From positions 1 through 53,799 of IMG/VR virus record IMGVR_UViG_3300047472_000142: 53,799 bases of DNA; one strand, given 5' to 3'. Shown here in pieces: positions 40,341 to 48,353 of the stretch. The translations under genes and the position numbers were made by a program. The first letter of the stretch is position 1. Each line of letters opens with the position of its first letter. This DNA is from a virus. The notes beneath the pieces are model-generated. The model did no database searches, was not told where the DNA came from, and saw nothing but the letters and a program-made list of their open reading frames with translations.

Positions 40341-41068
40341 TGGGATACTCCGTTCAAAATTCCTTCAAGCTCAACCTGATCATAGGGGTGGTTGACGAAC
40401 CCGTCAATTTCTGTAGCTGAAAGGTCAATACCGATATCCTCGTTTCCGCCATCATTGTCCTTGATGATCACATCTACCTGCAATGCAGCTTCAAACTCTC
40501 GCTTGAGCGCGCAAACAGACGCCTTTGCAGCATAGAACTGTCTGACAAATTCTGCGCAGGGAATGTTCCTGCCATCCTTTTTTTCCCTCGCCAACACAAA
40601 TTCCCATGCGAGCTCAGGCCTCTGGTAGACGTAGATAATTTGGGCCGACCGGTTGTCTTTATCAAGGGCGCGCGAGATGTTTCGTCGCGCCACATCTAGA
40701 TTCGCAAGTGTCCCATCCAGCAGAAACGACTGACGCTGCTGGTAGACTAGGTCAAGGGTGCGCTCAACAAAAGTGGTCACCCCGCGCTGGAAAAGGCTGG
40801 AATTTCGACCCGTGTATTCGGGGAAATAGTCTCGGAAGTCGTCCGGATCGATTCTCAACGCATTCGATCCACCAGCTTGCATCATATGAATAAATGCCCT
40901 AGAAACCTCGGTCTTCCCTGCACCTGGGGAACCCGCCATGAACACGGAAACGGGGTATTCATCACTTGGATACGTTTCGAGGCACGCCAATTCTCGGGCA
41001 ATGCGAGTGCGGTTTTGCTTTGCAAACGCTACGGCGCGATCGGAAACGTCCTGCTCTTCCTGGGTCAT
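40337..41068 (-). CDS. zeta-toxin-family P-loop kinase
   Basis: Start MTQEEQDV with AAGGATGAG upstream. Walker A MAGSPGAGKT. Length and layout fit the zeta/AAA_33 type. Confidence 0.65.
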   Translation of the reverse strand: MTQEEQDVSDRAVAFAKQNRTRIARELACLETYPSDEYPVSVFMAGSPGAGKTEVSRAFIHMMQAGGSNALRIDPDDFRDYFPEYTGRNSSLFQRGVTTFVERTLDLVYQQRQSFLLDGTLANLDVARRNISRALDKDNRSAQIIYVYQRPELAWEFVLAREKKDGRNIPCAEFVRQFYAAKASVCALKREFEAALQVDVIIKDNDGGNEDIGIDLSATEIDGFVNHPYDQVELEGILNGVSQ

Positions 41069-41288
41069 AGGCTCATCCTTCACAAGAGCCAAAACTCTAG
41101 CACCTAACGCCCTTGCCAAGCATCGGTCTAGGAGGGCCATTTGTTACAGTCAGCCAAGTCGCGCCTGTACGAATCCCCAGTAACTCGCATCGCGCCCAAC
41201 GTAGTAGCGTTATGCAGGCACCGATGATCCGATCGAAATGTACTGCATGGTTACGATGCAGATGATCATCAAATGAATTTTCAGGGAG

Positions 41289-41771
41289 ATGTTTGTGAGC
41301 GCTTATACCATACCCGATGGAGCTAAATTCGTTCAAATCAGGTTTTTACGAAAAGACGGCGAGGTTTACGATCTGCCGCCTGGAAGGCCAGTTGTCATCG
41401 CGGCTCTTAGATACGACCCCGAGCATGGAACGGGGCCAAGAAATATTACCGGACTTAAGTCGACATACGCTCTGATCGACACAGGGGCTGACCATAATTA
41501 TGCAACACCAGAATTGATTGCTGAGGCTGGATGTCCTCAAATCGGCACTGCAAGGTTGCGAAACGCCAGTGGTTGGACGGAGTCAACTCAACACTTGGCA
41601 CACATATTTCTACCGGAAACAGGAAATCAGTACGAGACCGATGTATTTTCGTCCAGCCTCGTAGATGACGACGGCCACGGCGAGAGCCTTATCATTGGCG
41701 TTCTGGTTATGAAAACTGGAAGGCTAGTCATGGATTTCCAGAGCAATATCTACCGTCTTTACGTCGCATAA
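41289..41771 (+). CDS. retropepsin-like aspartic protease
   Basis: ALIDTGADHN contains the D-T-G-A motif, and LIIGVLVM resembles the second conserved block. The GTG at 41295 has better RBS spacing. Confidence 0.55.
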   Translation: MFVSAYTIPDGAKFVQIRFLRKDGEVYDLPPGRPVVIAALRYDPEHGTGPRNITGLKSTYALIDTGADHNYATPELIAEAGCPQIGTARLRNASGWTESTQHLAHIFLPETGNQYETDVFSSSLVDDDGHGESLIIGVLVMKTGRLVMDFQSNIYRLYVA

Positions 41772-41779
41772 CTCAGCCC

Positions 41780-41962
41780 TTACTGAGCTTTCATTTGTGA
41801 CAAATACGGTTTAGCACACGCGGGTACAGCTTTATTCAGGCCTCCCAGCGAGTTCATGCTCTCTTGGGAGGTCACGCTCTTGAGAGAGTCAATTCGAATT
41901 CCCTTATCGATATCCATAGTCGCACCTCGGCTAAGTTCTACATTATGTTGGCTTTCATTCAT
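41780..41962 (-). CDS. small hypothetical protein coupled to the end of T
   Basis: 60 aa. ATGAATGA overlap with the stop of the T frame. Confidence 0.5.
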   Translation of the reverse strand: MNESQHNVELSRGATMDIDKGIRIDSLKSVTSQESMNSLGGLNKAVPACAKPYLSQMKAQ

Positions 41963-42685
41963 CGTATTCCCCCGCCAAACTCACCGCATCCAACGCGAAC
42001 ATCACCTCGTCGACCTCATCCCGCGTAAACGGCGACGGATGCGACTCAAGCCAATCCGATATTTCCCTAGCTGACAGCGGCAGCGGGAAAACACCGGCCA
42101 TCGTTGCGATGAACCGGCGCCCGCGGGTGATGTTGCGGAAAGTGCTCAGCAGGTAAGCTGTGATCGAGTCCGTTTCCGGCTCATCAGGAATTGCCATGCC
42201 AAGCCGCTGGTAAATCAGCCGGCGCTTTTCTGTTTCGCCGCTCCACTCTTTTTCCCACTCGAAGCGGGCAACGACTTTCCCACGGTCTCAGCCAGGGCCT
42301 TTTGCGCCTCGATGGCGGCATTGCCCGATTCGCGCAGTACGAACAGGAAGAATTCGATGTTGGCATCGAGCATCTGCTCGGCAGATCCGGCGCTGTACGC
42401 CAGCGGGTTACCGTCCGCATCCTGCACGCCGGCCCAGTCCTTGACGATGAACTGACCCAGCAGCCTGCACTGGGTCTGATGCTCGGTCGTCTCGCCGTCG
42501 ATCACGCCGACGACACCGACACCGAACTGGGCGTCAGCATTGCGCAGCTTGCGGCGCTCTCGCTCAAGGGCGACCGCGTATTCCGGGTTATCAATTCGTG
42601 CCAGCAACACTTTGGTGTCGGTGTCATAGTCGACCCACTTGGTTTCCGAGGTGTTCTGGTCTTTTTTGGTCAGTCGCAAAGCCAT
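41955..42685 (-). CDS. tail assembly chaperone GT fusion, produced by -1 frameshifting
   Basis: The T frame (41955..42197 and upstream) is the -1 frame of G. It stays open from the slippery site, predicting a product of about 243 aa. Confidence 0.7.
42215..42685 (-). CDS. tail assembly chaperone G
   Basis: 156 aa, lying between the major tail gene and the T frame. Confidence 0.75.
   Translation of the reverse strand: MALRLTKKDQNTSETKWVDYDTDTKVLLARIDNPEYAVALERERRKLRNADAQFGVGVVGVIDGETTEHQTQCRLLGQFIVKDWAGVQDADGNPLAYSAGSAEQMLDANIEFFLFVLRESGNAAIEAQKALAETVGKSLPASSGKKSGAAKQKSAG
42275..42281 (-). other. -1 programmed frameshift slippery heptamer G GGA AAG
   Basis: The zero-frame codons GTG GGA AAG place the lambda G/GT heptamer in the correct X XXY YYZ register. 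Confidence 0.7.
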
Positions 42686-42763
42686 GGTTGTTCCTCACGC
42701 CACGCCGAAAAGGACCGCCCCGGATGGCGTTGGTGCCGGGGCAGTCAAAGGGGTGATTCGGTG

Positions 42764-43924
42764 TTACGAAACGGTGATGGTCGACGTGCTGAGCTTCGTG
42801 CCGTCGTACTTGCTGGTCGCGGTGATGGTCGCCGAGCCGGATGCCACGCCAGTAACCAGGCCGGTCGAGCTGACCGTCGCCTTGCTTGGGGCGCTGCTGG
42901 TCCAGTTGACACCTTGCGGAGCGCCGGCCGGGGCCACGGTCGCGGTCAGCTGCTGAGTTCCAGCGACAGCAATAGTCGCGGTACCAGGTGCCACGGTGAC
43001 GCTGGTCGGGGCCACGTATGGCGCGCGGGTGATAGTCGGCGACTGTTTGGCCACGGTGTAATTCAGCGTCACCTCGATCAGGTCGCGCTTACCGCCGCTC
43101 GGCAGCTCGCCGTCGACTTCCACCGCAGGGAAACTGAAGGTGTACTTGTTGCCCACGCTGTCGGTGATCGGGAACTCGACCGCAACCGTTTTCCGGGTGA
43201 AGGTGTTTTTCCAGATGCCCCAGGCCGTAGCCGACCAGGCCAGCGTGATGGTGCCGGTAATGGCCGCCTCGGTGGCGATCTGCGCCCCCGGGCCCATCTT
43301 GTCGGTGCCGATGCAGCGCTGAGCCAGCAGGCCGTTATCCAAGCTGACTGTCATGGCCGAGACGCAGGCCTGGCCTTCCAGCGACACGCCGTCGACCAGG
43401 AGGGTGCCGACGTTGCCGTTGCTCATGAACGGGGTGGAAGTCGGGGCCGCCGGCGCGAGTACGATCGGCGCGTTGCTGTCGGTGTAGTCCAGACAGGCGG
43501 TGCCGAAGGTCACAGTGACCTTGCCGTCACTCGGGATGTCCAGGGCGAACGTCGGGATGTGCACACCCTTGAACAGGGAGTAAACACCAACGTCCATGTA
43601 GTTCTTGGCGATGCTGAAGGTGTGGCGCACGTCGCCCACGGTCAGCACGTTGCTGGTCCAGTTGCCGTAGAAAGCGGCCTCCAGCAGCTTGTCGAAGCTG
43701 CCATAGGACAGTTCGGCGGTCAGGTCGCCGCCGATGTCGGTACTGGTCACGACCGAGCCCTGGCTGATGCGCGAGTCGGTGATCTCGTCGCTGGTCGCCG
43801 TGTTGACGGTCGGAGTCATGGCATTGCCGGTCAGCCGTAGCGTGTCCCAGGTGCCGGAGCCGGGAGTAACGCCGGGCGTCACCTCGGGGATGATGTAACT
43901 TGTGACTTTGGCGCCGCTCGACAT
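42764..43924 (-). CDS. major tail tube protein with a C-terminal Ig-like (Big_2-type) domain
   Basis: Start MSSGAKV with GGAGA upstream. C-terminus VTVAPGTATIAVAGTQQLTATVAPAGAPQGVNWTSS..ATITATS. Confidence 0.8.
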   Translation of the reverse strand: MSSGAKVTSYIIPEVTPGVTPGSGTWDTLRLTGNAMTPTVNTATSDEITDSRISQGSVVTSTDIGGDLTAELSYGSFDKLLEAAFYGNWTSNVLTVGDVRHTFSIAKNYMDVGVYSLFKGVHIPTFALDIPSDGKVTVTFGTACLDYTDSNAPIVLAPAAPTSTPFMSNGNVGTLLVDGVSLEGQACVSAMTVSLDNGLLAQRCIGTDKMGPGAQIATEAAITGTITLAWSATAWGIWKNTFTRKTVAVEFPITDSVGNKYTFSFPAVEVDGELPSGGKRDLIEVTLNYTVAKQSPTITRAPYVAPTSVTVAPGTATIAVAGTQQLTATVAPAGAPQGVNWTSSAPSKATVSSTGLVTGVASGSATITATSKYDGTKLSTSTITVS

Positions 43925-43949
43925 AGTGAGTCTCCAGATTGCGGACATG

Positions 43950-43971
43950 AAAAAGCCCGCGCGCGGCGGGC
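43950..43971 (-). terminator. intrinsic terminator upstream of the major tail gene
   Basis: GCCCGC-5 nt-GCGGGC with a U-tract on the minus strand. Confidence 0.55.
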
Positions 43972-43994
43972 CGTAGTTGGTGCGTTGCGCTGAA

Positions 43995-44387
43995 TCAGCC
44001 GGCGCGGAAGCGGATATTCACGTTGACCTGATAGAAGCCCTCGAACTCGCCGGCCGGGATCTGGCTGGCCTCCAGGCACTCGAGGTCGCCCGATTGCCAG
44101 TAGGCAAATTGCGCTTCGAGCTGATCCGACAAGACGTTGAGCGCCTTCATTCCGGTGCCGACCCGGGCGAAGCATTGGATGCTTATCTGCCCGGGCTTGC
44201 GGGTGTGCGGCTTGTCAGCCATGCCAGCCATGAAGGCCGTTGCGTGCTGGATGTTCAGGCGGCACCAGAGGCCGTCGGCCGGCGGCGTGAAGGTCTGCGT
44301 GTTCGGGTAGTCGATGCTCGACTGCGGCAGGCCGGCAAAGGCGACCATGCGCGCCGTGATCAGCTTGCGGATGTCTTCATAGGTCAT
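43995..44387 (-). CDS. tail terminator (DUF4128 / gpU-like)
   Basis: IDYPNTQTFTPPADGLWCRL pattern, plus its position. Confidence 0.6.
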   Translation of the reverse strand: MTYEDIRKLITARMVAFAGLPQSSIDYPNTQTFTPPADGLWCRLNIQHATAFMAGMADKPHTRKPGQISIQCFARVGTGMKALNVLSDQLEAQFAYWQSGDLECLEASQIPAGEFEGFYQVNVNIRFRAG

Positions 44388-44959
44388 CGGTAGGCCTCTG
44401 ATACACCGATCCAGGCCAGGTCATAAATGCCGCCCGGGGCCTGGGTTGAATGGCCGAGCTCGAGCATTTCGCCGTAGGGGCTGTTCGTCTGGATGTAGAT
44501 CACGGGGTAATTCCCTGCCGCCTTTATCATCATCGCGCCTTTGTTGATGGTTTCGCTGCCGGACGGATCTACGTTTTCAATGACTGTAAAGTCAGGCGAG
44601 CCCACCGATACGATGTGGCTGCCGCGGAATGTCCCGCCGATGTAGTCCTTGCCGGCGGCCTTGGCATCAACAAAGAAGTTCTCTTTCCGCTCACGCTGGG
44701 TCAGCTTCTTGAATTGCTTCTTGCCGGTGTTGGTCGCGTTGCGGGCGTCGACGTTGGCGTCGTAGGCGTCGGCCAGGGCCGTGTTCTGCGCTCGAAGCTC
44801 GGTGTTCGCCTTCCACAAGTCCGGGTTACCCACGGGCGAGCGGTTGACGACTTCGGTCAGCATGGCCATCGCGATCACGCGCACATGCTGCGTCACGTCC
44901 TCGTCGATCTGGTCGGCGAAGTCGCGCAGGCTATGGCTCCATCCGGCTTTGGCATTCAT
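44384..44959 (-). CDS. tail completion / HK97 gp10-like protein
   Basis: Assigned from position and size. ATGA overlap with the downstream gene. Confidence 0.5.
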   Translation of the reverse strand: MNAKAGWSHSLRDFADQIDEDVTQHVRVIAMAMLTEVVNRSPVGNPDLWKANTELRAQNTALADAYDANVDARNATNTGKKQFKKLTQRERKENFFVDAKAAGKDYIGGTFRGSHIVSVGSPDFTVIENVDPSGSETINKGAMMIKAAGNYPVIYIQTNSPYGEMLELGHSTQAPGGIYDLAWIGVSEAYR

Positions 44960-45316
44960 TTACGTCTTCCTCAGCTGTATCTCGTAGTGAGCGCCAGCCG
45001 GGTCTTTCTGGACGTTGATCACGCTGAAAGCGTTGATCGTGTGGCCTACGGCAGGCGTGCCGGTCGTTTCGTTGGTGAGCGCGATCAGCAACTGGTCAGT
45101 CGCCAGGATGTTGATTCCGTCCACGACCTGATCTTTGAAGGCGTCCATCACGCCGCGCCCGGTGTAGGCGATGACAACAGGGTCGGCGCTGACTTCTTCG
45201 ACCGGGTCCCATGTGCCTGGCAGCGTAATGCCGCCACTGAACGGCACAACCGCATCAGCCAGATCAGTGTCGAATGCCTCGGCCAGGTCGGCTTGGATCT
45301 CTTCGCGCATTCCCAT
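44960..45316 (-). CDS. head-tail adaptor candidate
   Basis: 118 aa. Assigned from synteny only. Confidence 0.45.
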   Translation of the reverse strand: MGMREEIQADLAEAFDTDLADAVVPFSGGITLPGTWDPVEEVSADPVVIAYTGRGVMDAFKDQVVDGINILATDQLLIALTNETTGTPAVGHTINAFSVINVQKDPAGAHYEIQLRKT

Positions 45317-45319
45317 ATG

Positions 45320-45709
45320 TCACCTGTACACGTCGAAGCCGAAGGACGACCGAAGCCAGGGGTTCAGCAGCGCCAGGGCGAACTGGATGCCCTCGGCCTG
45401 GGCCTTGGTGGAACTGGAGTCGATCGCGCCGAACGTCTTCGAGGTCGTTACCGATCCCGCCTTGACGGTCTTGGCCTCCAGCGACCCAGACGACTGCTGC
45501 TGATACAGAACGCCATCGGCGGCACACTTGGCCAGCTCGGCGCCTGCCTGCTTGACCTCATCAGGGATCGCGTCCATGTCGACGCCGGACAGATTGAGCG
45601 AGGTCATATAGGCATTGGCCTGCATGACGGCGCGGTCTTTCTTATCTGGAGTCGTCCAGTCGGTGCCGAGGATGGTGTCCACGTCGGCCACGGTGATGTA
45701 GGTAGCCAT
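45320..45709 (-). CDS. head-tail connector candidate
   Basis: 129 aa. Assigned from synteny only. Confidence 0.45.
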   Translation of the reverse strand: MATYITVADVDTILGTDWTTPDKKDRAVMQANAYMTSLNLSGVDMDAIPDEVKQAGAELAKCAADGVLYQQQSSGSLEAKTVKAGSVTTSKTFGAIDSSSTKAQAEGIQFALALLNPWLRSSFGFDVYR

Positions 45710-45748
45710 CCGGCCTCCAGTTGAATGAGTGGGGCCGTAGCCCCGGTG

Positions 45749-46249
45749 TTACGCTTTGGCTTCAGGCTTGGACTTGTCCTTGGCTGGCTGCTCGGCGGCC
45801 TTCTTCAGCGCCTCGACCTCTACCTGCAGGGCGTTGCGCTCCTGGGTGATCTGATCGCGACTTTCTACCAGCTCGGTAACGCCGGCGTGGATCTTGGTCA
45901 GTACGTCGAACAGGCGGATCGGCAGTTCGCCAGCACCTGGATGCTCAAGCGGGCTCCCGCCTTCGAGGGATTCGATCAGGCCGCGCAGGCCGTCACGCTC
46001 TGCATTCAGGTTGCCGATGGCCTCTTGCAGCTCTACCTCGGACTGCGACAGCGAAACCCCGATCACCAGATCAGCCGGTACCGGCAGTTCCTTGATCGTC
46101 ACCTGAGGCACTTCTTTTGCTGCACTGTCCCGGCTTTCAGTAACGCTTGCGTCGACGATGCGCAGGCCGGCCGTCTTGGCCAGCGCCTTCACGTCTTCCT
46201 GGTACTGGTGGAACGGGCCGGGCAGATACCAGATGTTCTTGTTGCTCAT
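45749..46249 (-). CDS. coiled-coil protein after the capsid gene
   Basis: Start MSNKNIWYLPG, with GAGGA 7 nt upstream. Confidence 0.5.
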   Translation of the reverse strand: MSNKNIWYLPGPFHQYQEDVKALAKTAGLRIVDASVTESRDSAAKEVPQVTIKELPVPADLVIGVSLSQSEVELQEAIGNLNAERDGLRGLIESLEGGSPLEHPGAGELPIRLFDVLTKIHAGVTELVESRDQITQERNALQVEVEALKKAAEQPAKDKSKPEAKA

Positions 46250-46298
46250 GATCATGTCCTCGCCAAACCGGACACTGGGCCCGGCTCGGCTGTCAGGG

Positions 46299-47267
46299 TT
46301 ACTTGGAGGCATCACCGATCAGAGCGACACCGGCGGTGTGCTTGATGCTGGTGGCGGTCTTGTCCCAGTTGGTCCCGGTCGCCAGCTCTGCGTCGGTTGG
46401 CGACTTGCCGCCGGTGGTGGTGTCCCAGGTGTAGCCCTTCAGGCCCAGACCGAAGGTGTAGTCGGTCTGGAGCGTGGTTTCGATACGCTCTTTACCGTTG
46501 GTGGTCTGGACGTTGCTGATGATGTCGCGGCCGTCGTGGACCAGGGCAGCGCCCTGCACCAGGGACAGGATGATTTCCTTGTTTGGGGTGCCGGCCTGCA
46601 TCAGCGCCGGGGCATCCGTCACAACGGAGATCTTGCCGAGGATGTCCACCACGCGAACGTTGCCCGCCTGGAACAGCTGCTGCTGGTTCGCCAGGTTCTG
46701 GCCGACCAACTTGTGGTAGCTGGTGCCCTGCATCACCTGGGTTACCAGATTCTGGCTTGCGTCGCCGAACTTCGCGTGAGCGTTGTTCAGGCCAGCGTAG
46801 GTGATCCCGGCGGTAGCCGACACATCGTTTACCGCGGCAGCCTGGGCGGTGATTGCAGCAACCAGGGCAGCGATCGCAGTGTTCAGCTGATCCTTCAGCA
46901 GGATTTCAGCGAACGCGCGGCTGGCTACTTCGATGCCTTGCGCGGTAGGGCGCTCCAGCCAGGTCATTTGCGACGGCTCGTAACGGATCGGACCGAAGCC
47001 GCCGGCGACTTTCACCGAGGTGTTTTTCAGTTCGGTCAGGTCGGTGGCGGCCACAGTGGCGTTTGCGCTGTAGCGATCCACGCGGCGCTGGGCAGCCGCC
47101 AGGGTCTGGAAGAACGATTCCTGGAGGAAGTCACCGGTGAAGCCGTCCGGAGACAGCACGATCGCGCCGCGGCTGGCAGCGTTGAAAGCGGCAAGATACT
47201 GGTCCAGCGTCTCAAGAGTCGCCGGCATGATGTATTCGTTGAAAACCTGCATTTGCGACAGGGACAT
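46299..47267 (-). CDS. major capsid protein
   Basis: 322 aa immediately after the scaffold gene. Composition and position are typical. Confidence 0.8.
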   Translation of the reverse strand: MSLSQMQVFNEYIMPATLETLDQYLAAFNAASRGAIVLSPDGFTGDFLQESFFQTLAAAQRRVDRYSANATVAATDLTELKNTSVKVAGGFGPIRYEPSQMTWLERPTAQGIEVASRAFAEILLKDQLNTAIAALVAAITAQAAAVNDVSATAGITYAGLNNAHAKFGDASQNLVTQVMQGTSYHKLVGQNLANQQQLFQAGNVRVVDILGKISVVTDAPALMQAGTPNKEIILSLVQGAALVHDGRDIISNVQTTNGKERIETTLQTDYTFGLGLKGYTWDTTTGGKSPTDAELATGTNWDKTATSIKHTAGVALIGDASK

Positions 47268-47278
47268 GGGTTATTTCC

Positions 47279-47989
47279 TTACGATTGAGGGAGATCGGGG
47301 AACCGGCTCGCGATTGCGGCCTGTCGTTCCTCTTTGGTGCCGCCGATTTTTCCTTTTGCGGCCCCGCCGCCTTTACCTGCACCGCCGGCCCCGCCGCCAG
47401 ATGCTTTGCTGCCAGCGATTAGCGGACCAAAGGCCGGATCATTGGTGAATTCTGCTTTCAGCTCGTCCAGCGTTGCCGCCGAGAGCTTGCCGGAGGCGTC
47501 CAGCACGACAACGGTGGGTTTGCCGTCGCGTTGCTCGACGCTCAGTCGGCGTTCGATGTGGGGGAGCAATGCCTTGGCGCTGCCAGGGACGGCCAACGTG
47601 GTTGCGATGTCAGTAGCGGTACGGCCGACAGTCAGATCCCGGATCTGCCCGCCCAGGCTGCCACGCTCCTGCTCCAGCAAGCCGTTCAACTCAGCTTCAC
47701 GGCGGGCGTACTTCTCGGACCATGAACGCTCGAGTTCTTCGACGTTGCCGGATTTGCGAGCCACCTCTTCACGCTCCAAGCGCGCTGCCTCTTCAGCTTC
47801 GCGAGCCTTCTTCTCGGCGGCCTTCTTCTCGCCGAGCAGTTCGTCGACCTTGGCCTTGAGACCGGTCACGTCTTCCTGCTGCGGCATGCCTTCGATGTTC
47901 AGGACGTATTTGCCGCCCTTCTCGACGTACATGGCTTGAGTGGCTTCATCGACGCCTTCGAGGGTGTCCAGTTGGAATTTCAAGGTCAT
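47279..47989 (-). CDS. scaffolding protein
   Basis: Start MTLKFQLDT with GGGAGA upstream. Charged coiled coil and a Gly-rich tail. Confidence 0.7.
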   Translation of the reverse strand: MTLKFQLDTLEGVDEATQAMYVEKGGKYVLNIEGMPQQEDVTGLKAKVDELLGEKKAAEKKAREAEEAARLEREEVARKSGNVEELERSWSEKYARREAELNGLLEQERGSLGGQIRDLTVGRTATDIATTLAVPGSAKALLPHIERRLSVEQRDGKPTVVVLDASGKLSAATLDELKAEFTNDPAFGPLIAGSKASGGGAGGAGKGGGAAKGKIGGTKEERQAAIASRFPDLPQS

Positions 47990-48033
47990 TGCTATCTCCC
48001 AGAGACTTGGTGCAGGCCCTGCCCGCAGATGTG

Positions 48034-48055
48034 AAAAACCCCGCACTTGGCGGGG
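48034..48055 (-). terminator. intrinsic terminator between the small gene and the scaffold gene
   Basis: CCCCGC-5 nt-GCGGGG with a U-tract on the minus strand. Confidence 0.65.
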
Positions 48056-48106
48056 CTTGGTGATTTATGGCGACACGTTTTGTGTGTTGGTGTTTTGTGT
48101 CGCGGG

Positions 48107-48337
48107 TCAGGCGAACGGGTTGTGGGATCGGGCAACGCCCTTGGTCAGCCACATGCAGGCCTGTTGCAAATTGGTCACGGCCAACGCCATGGATCGATGA
48201 TCCGCGTCGGGCAAGTCCTTCAGCTGCTTGACCAGGTCGGCTGCATCAGCCTCCAGCGCCTTGATGGAGTTGATTCCGTCGATCTCGGACTGACTGAGGT
48301 CGCGGTAACCGATGATCTTCTTGTGTTGGTTGTCCAT
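48107..48337 (-). CDS. small helical protein in the MuF-scaffold slot
   Basis: Start MDNQHKKIIGYRDLSQSEIDGIN...RSMALAVTNLQQACMWLTKGV. 76 aa. Confidence 0.6.
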   Translation of the reverse strand: MDNQHKKIIGYRDLSQSEIDGINSIKALEADAADLVKQLKDLPDADHRSMALAVTNLQQACMWLTKGVARSHNPFA

Positions 48338-48353
48338 GTTTTGCCTCGTAGGG

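Noticed and set aside
41165-41180. CTGTACGAATCCCCAG as a third SOS box
   Set aside because: It matches only the minimal CTG-N10-CAG pattern, which is expected many times by chance in a window of this size. It lacks the ACAG half-site and the AT-rich centre.
42191-43840. 549-aa plus-strand ORF. Similar long antisense ORFs occur at 44450..45724, 46158..47288, 19115..20389 and 15604..16632.
   Set aside because: These are Arg/Gly/Ala/His-rich translations lying antisense to genes with clear family motifs (major tail, capsid, methyltransferase, exonuclease). Open antisense frames are expected in high-GC DNA. None has an RBS.
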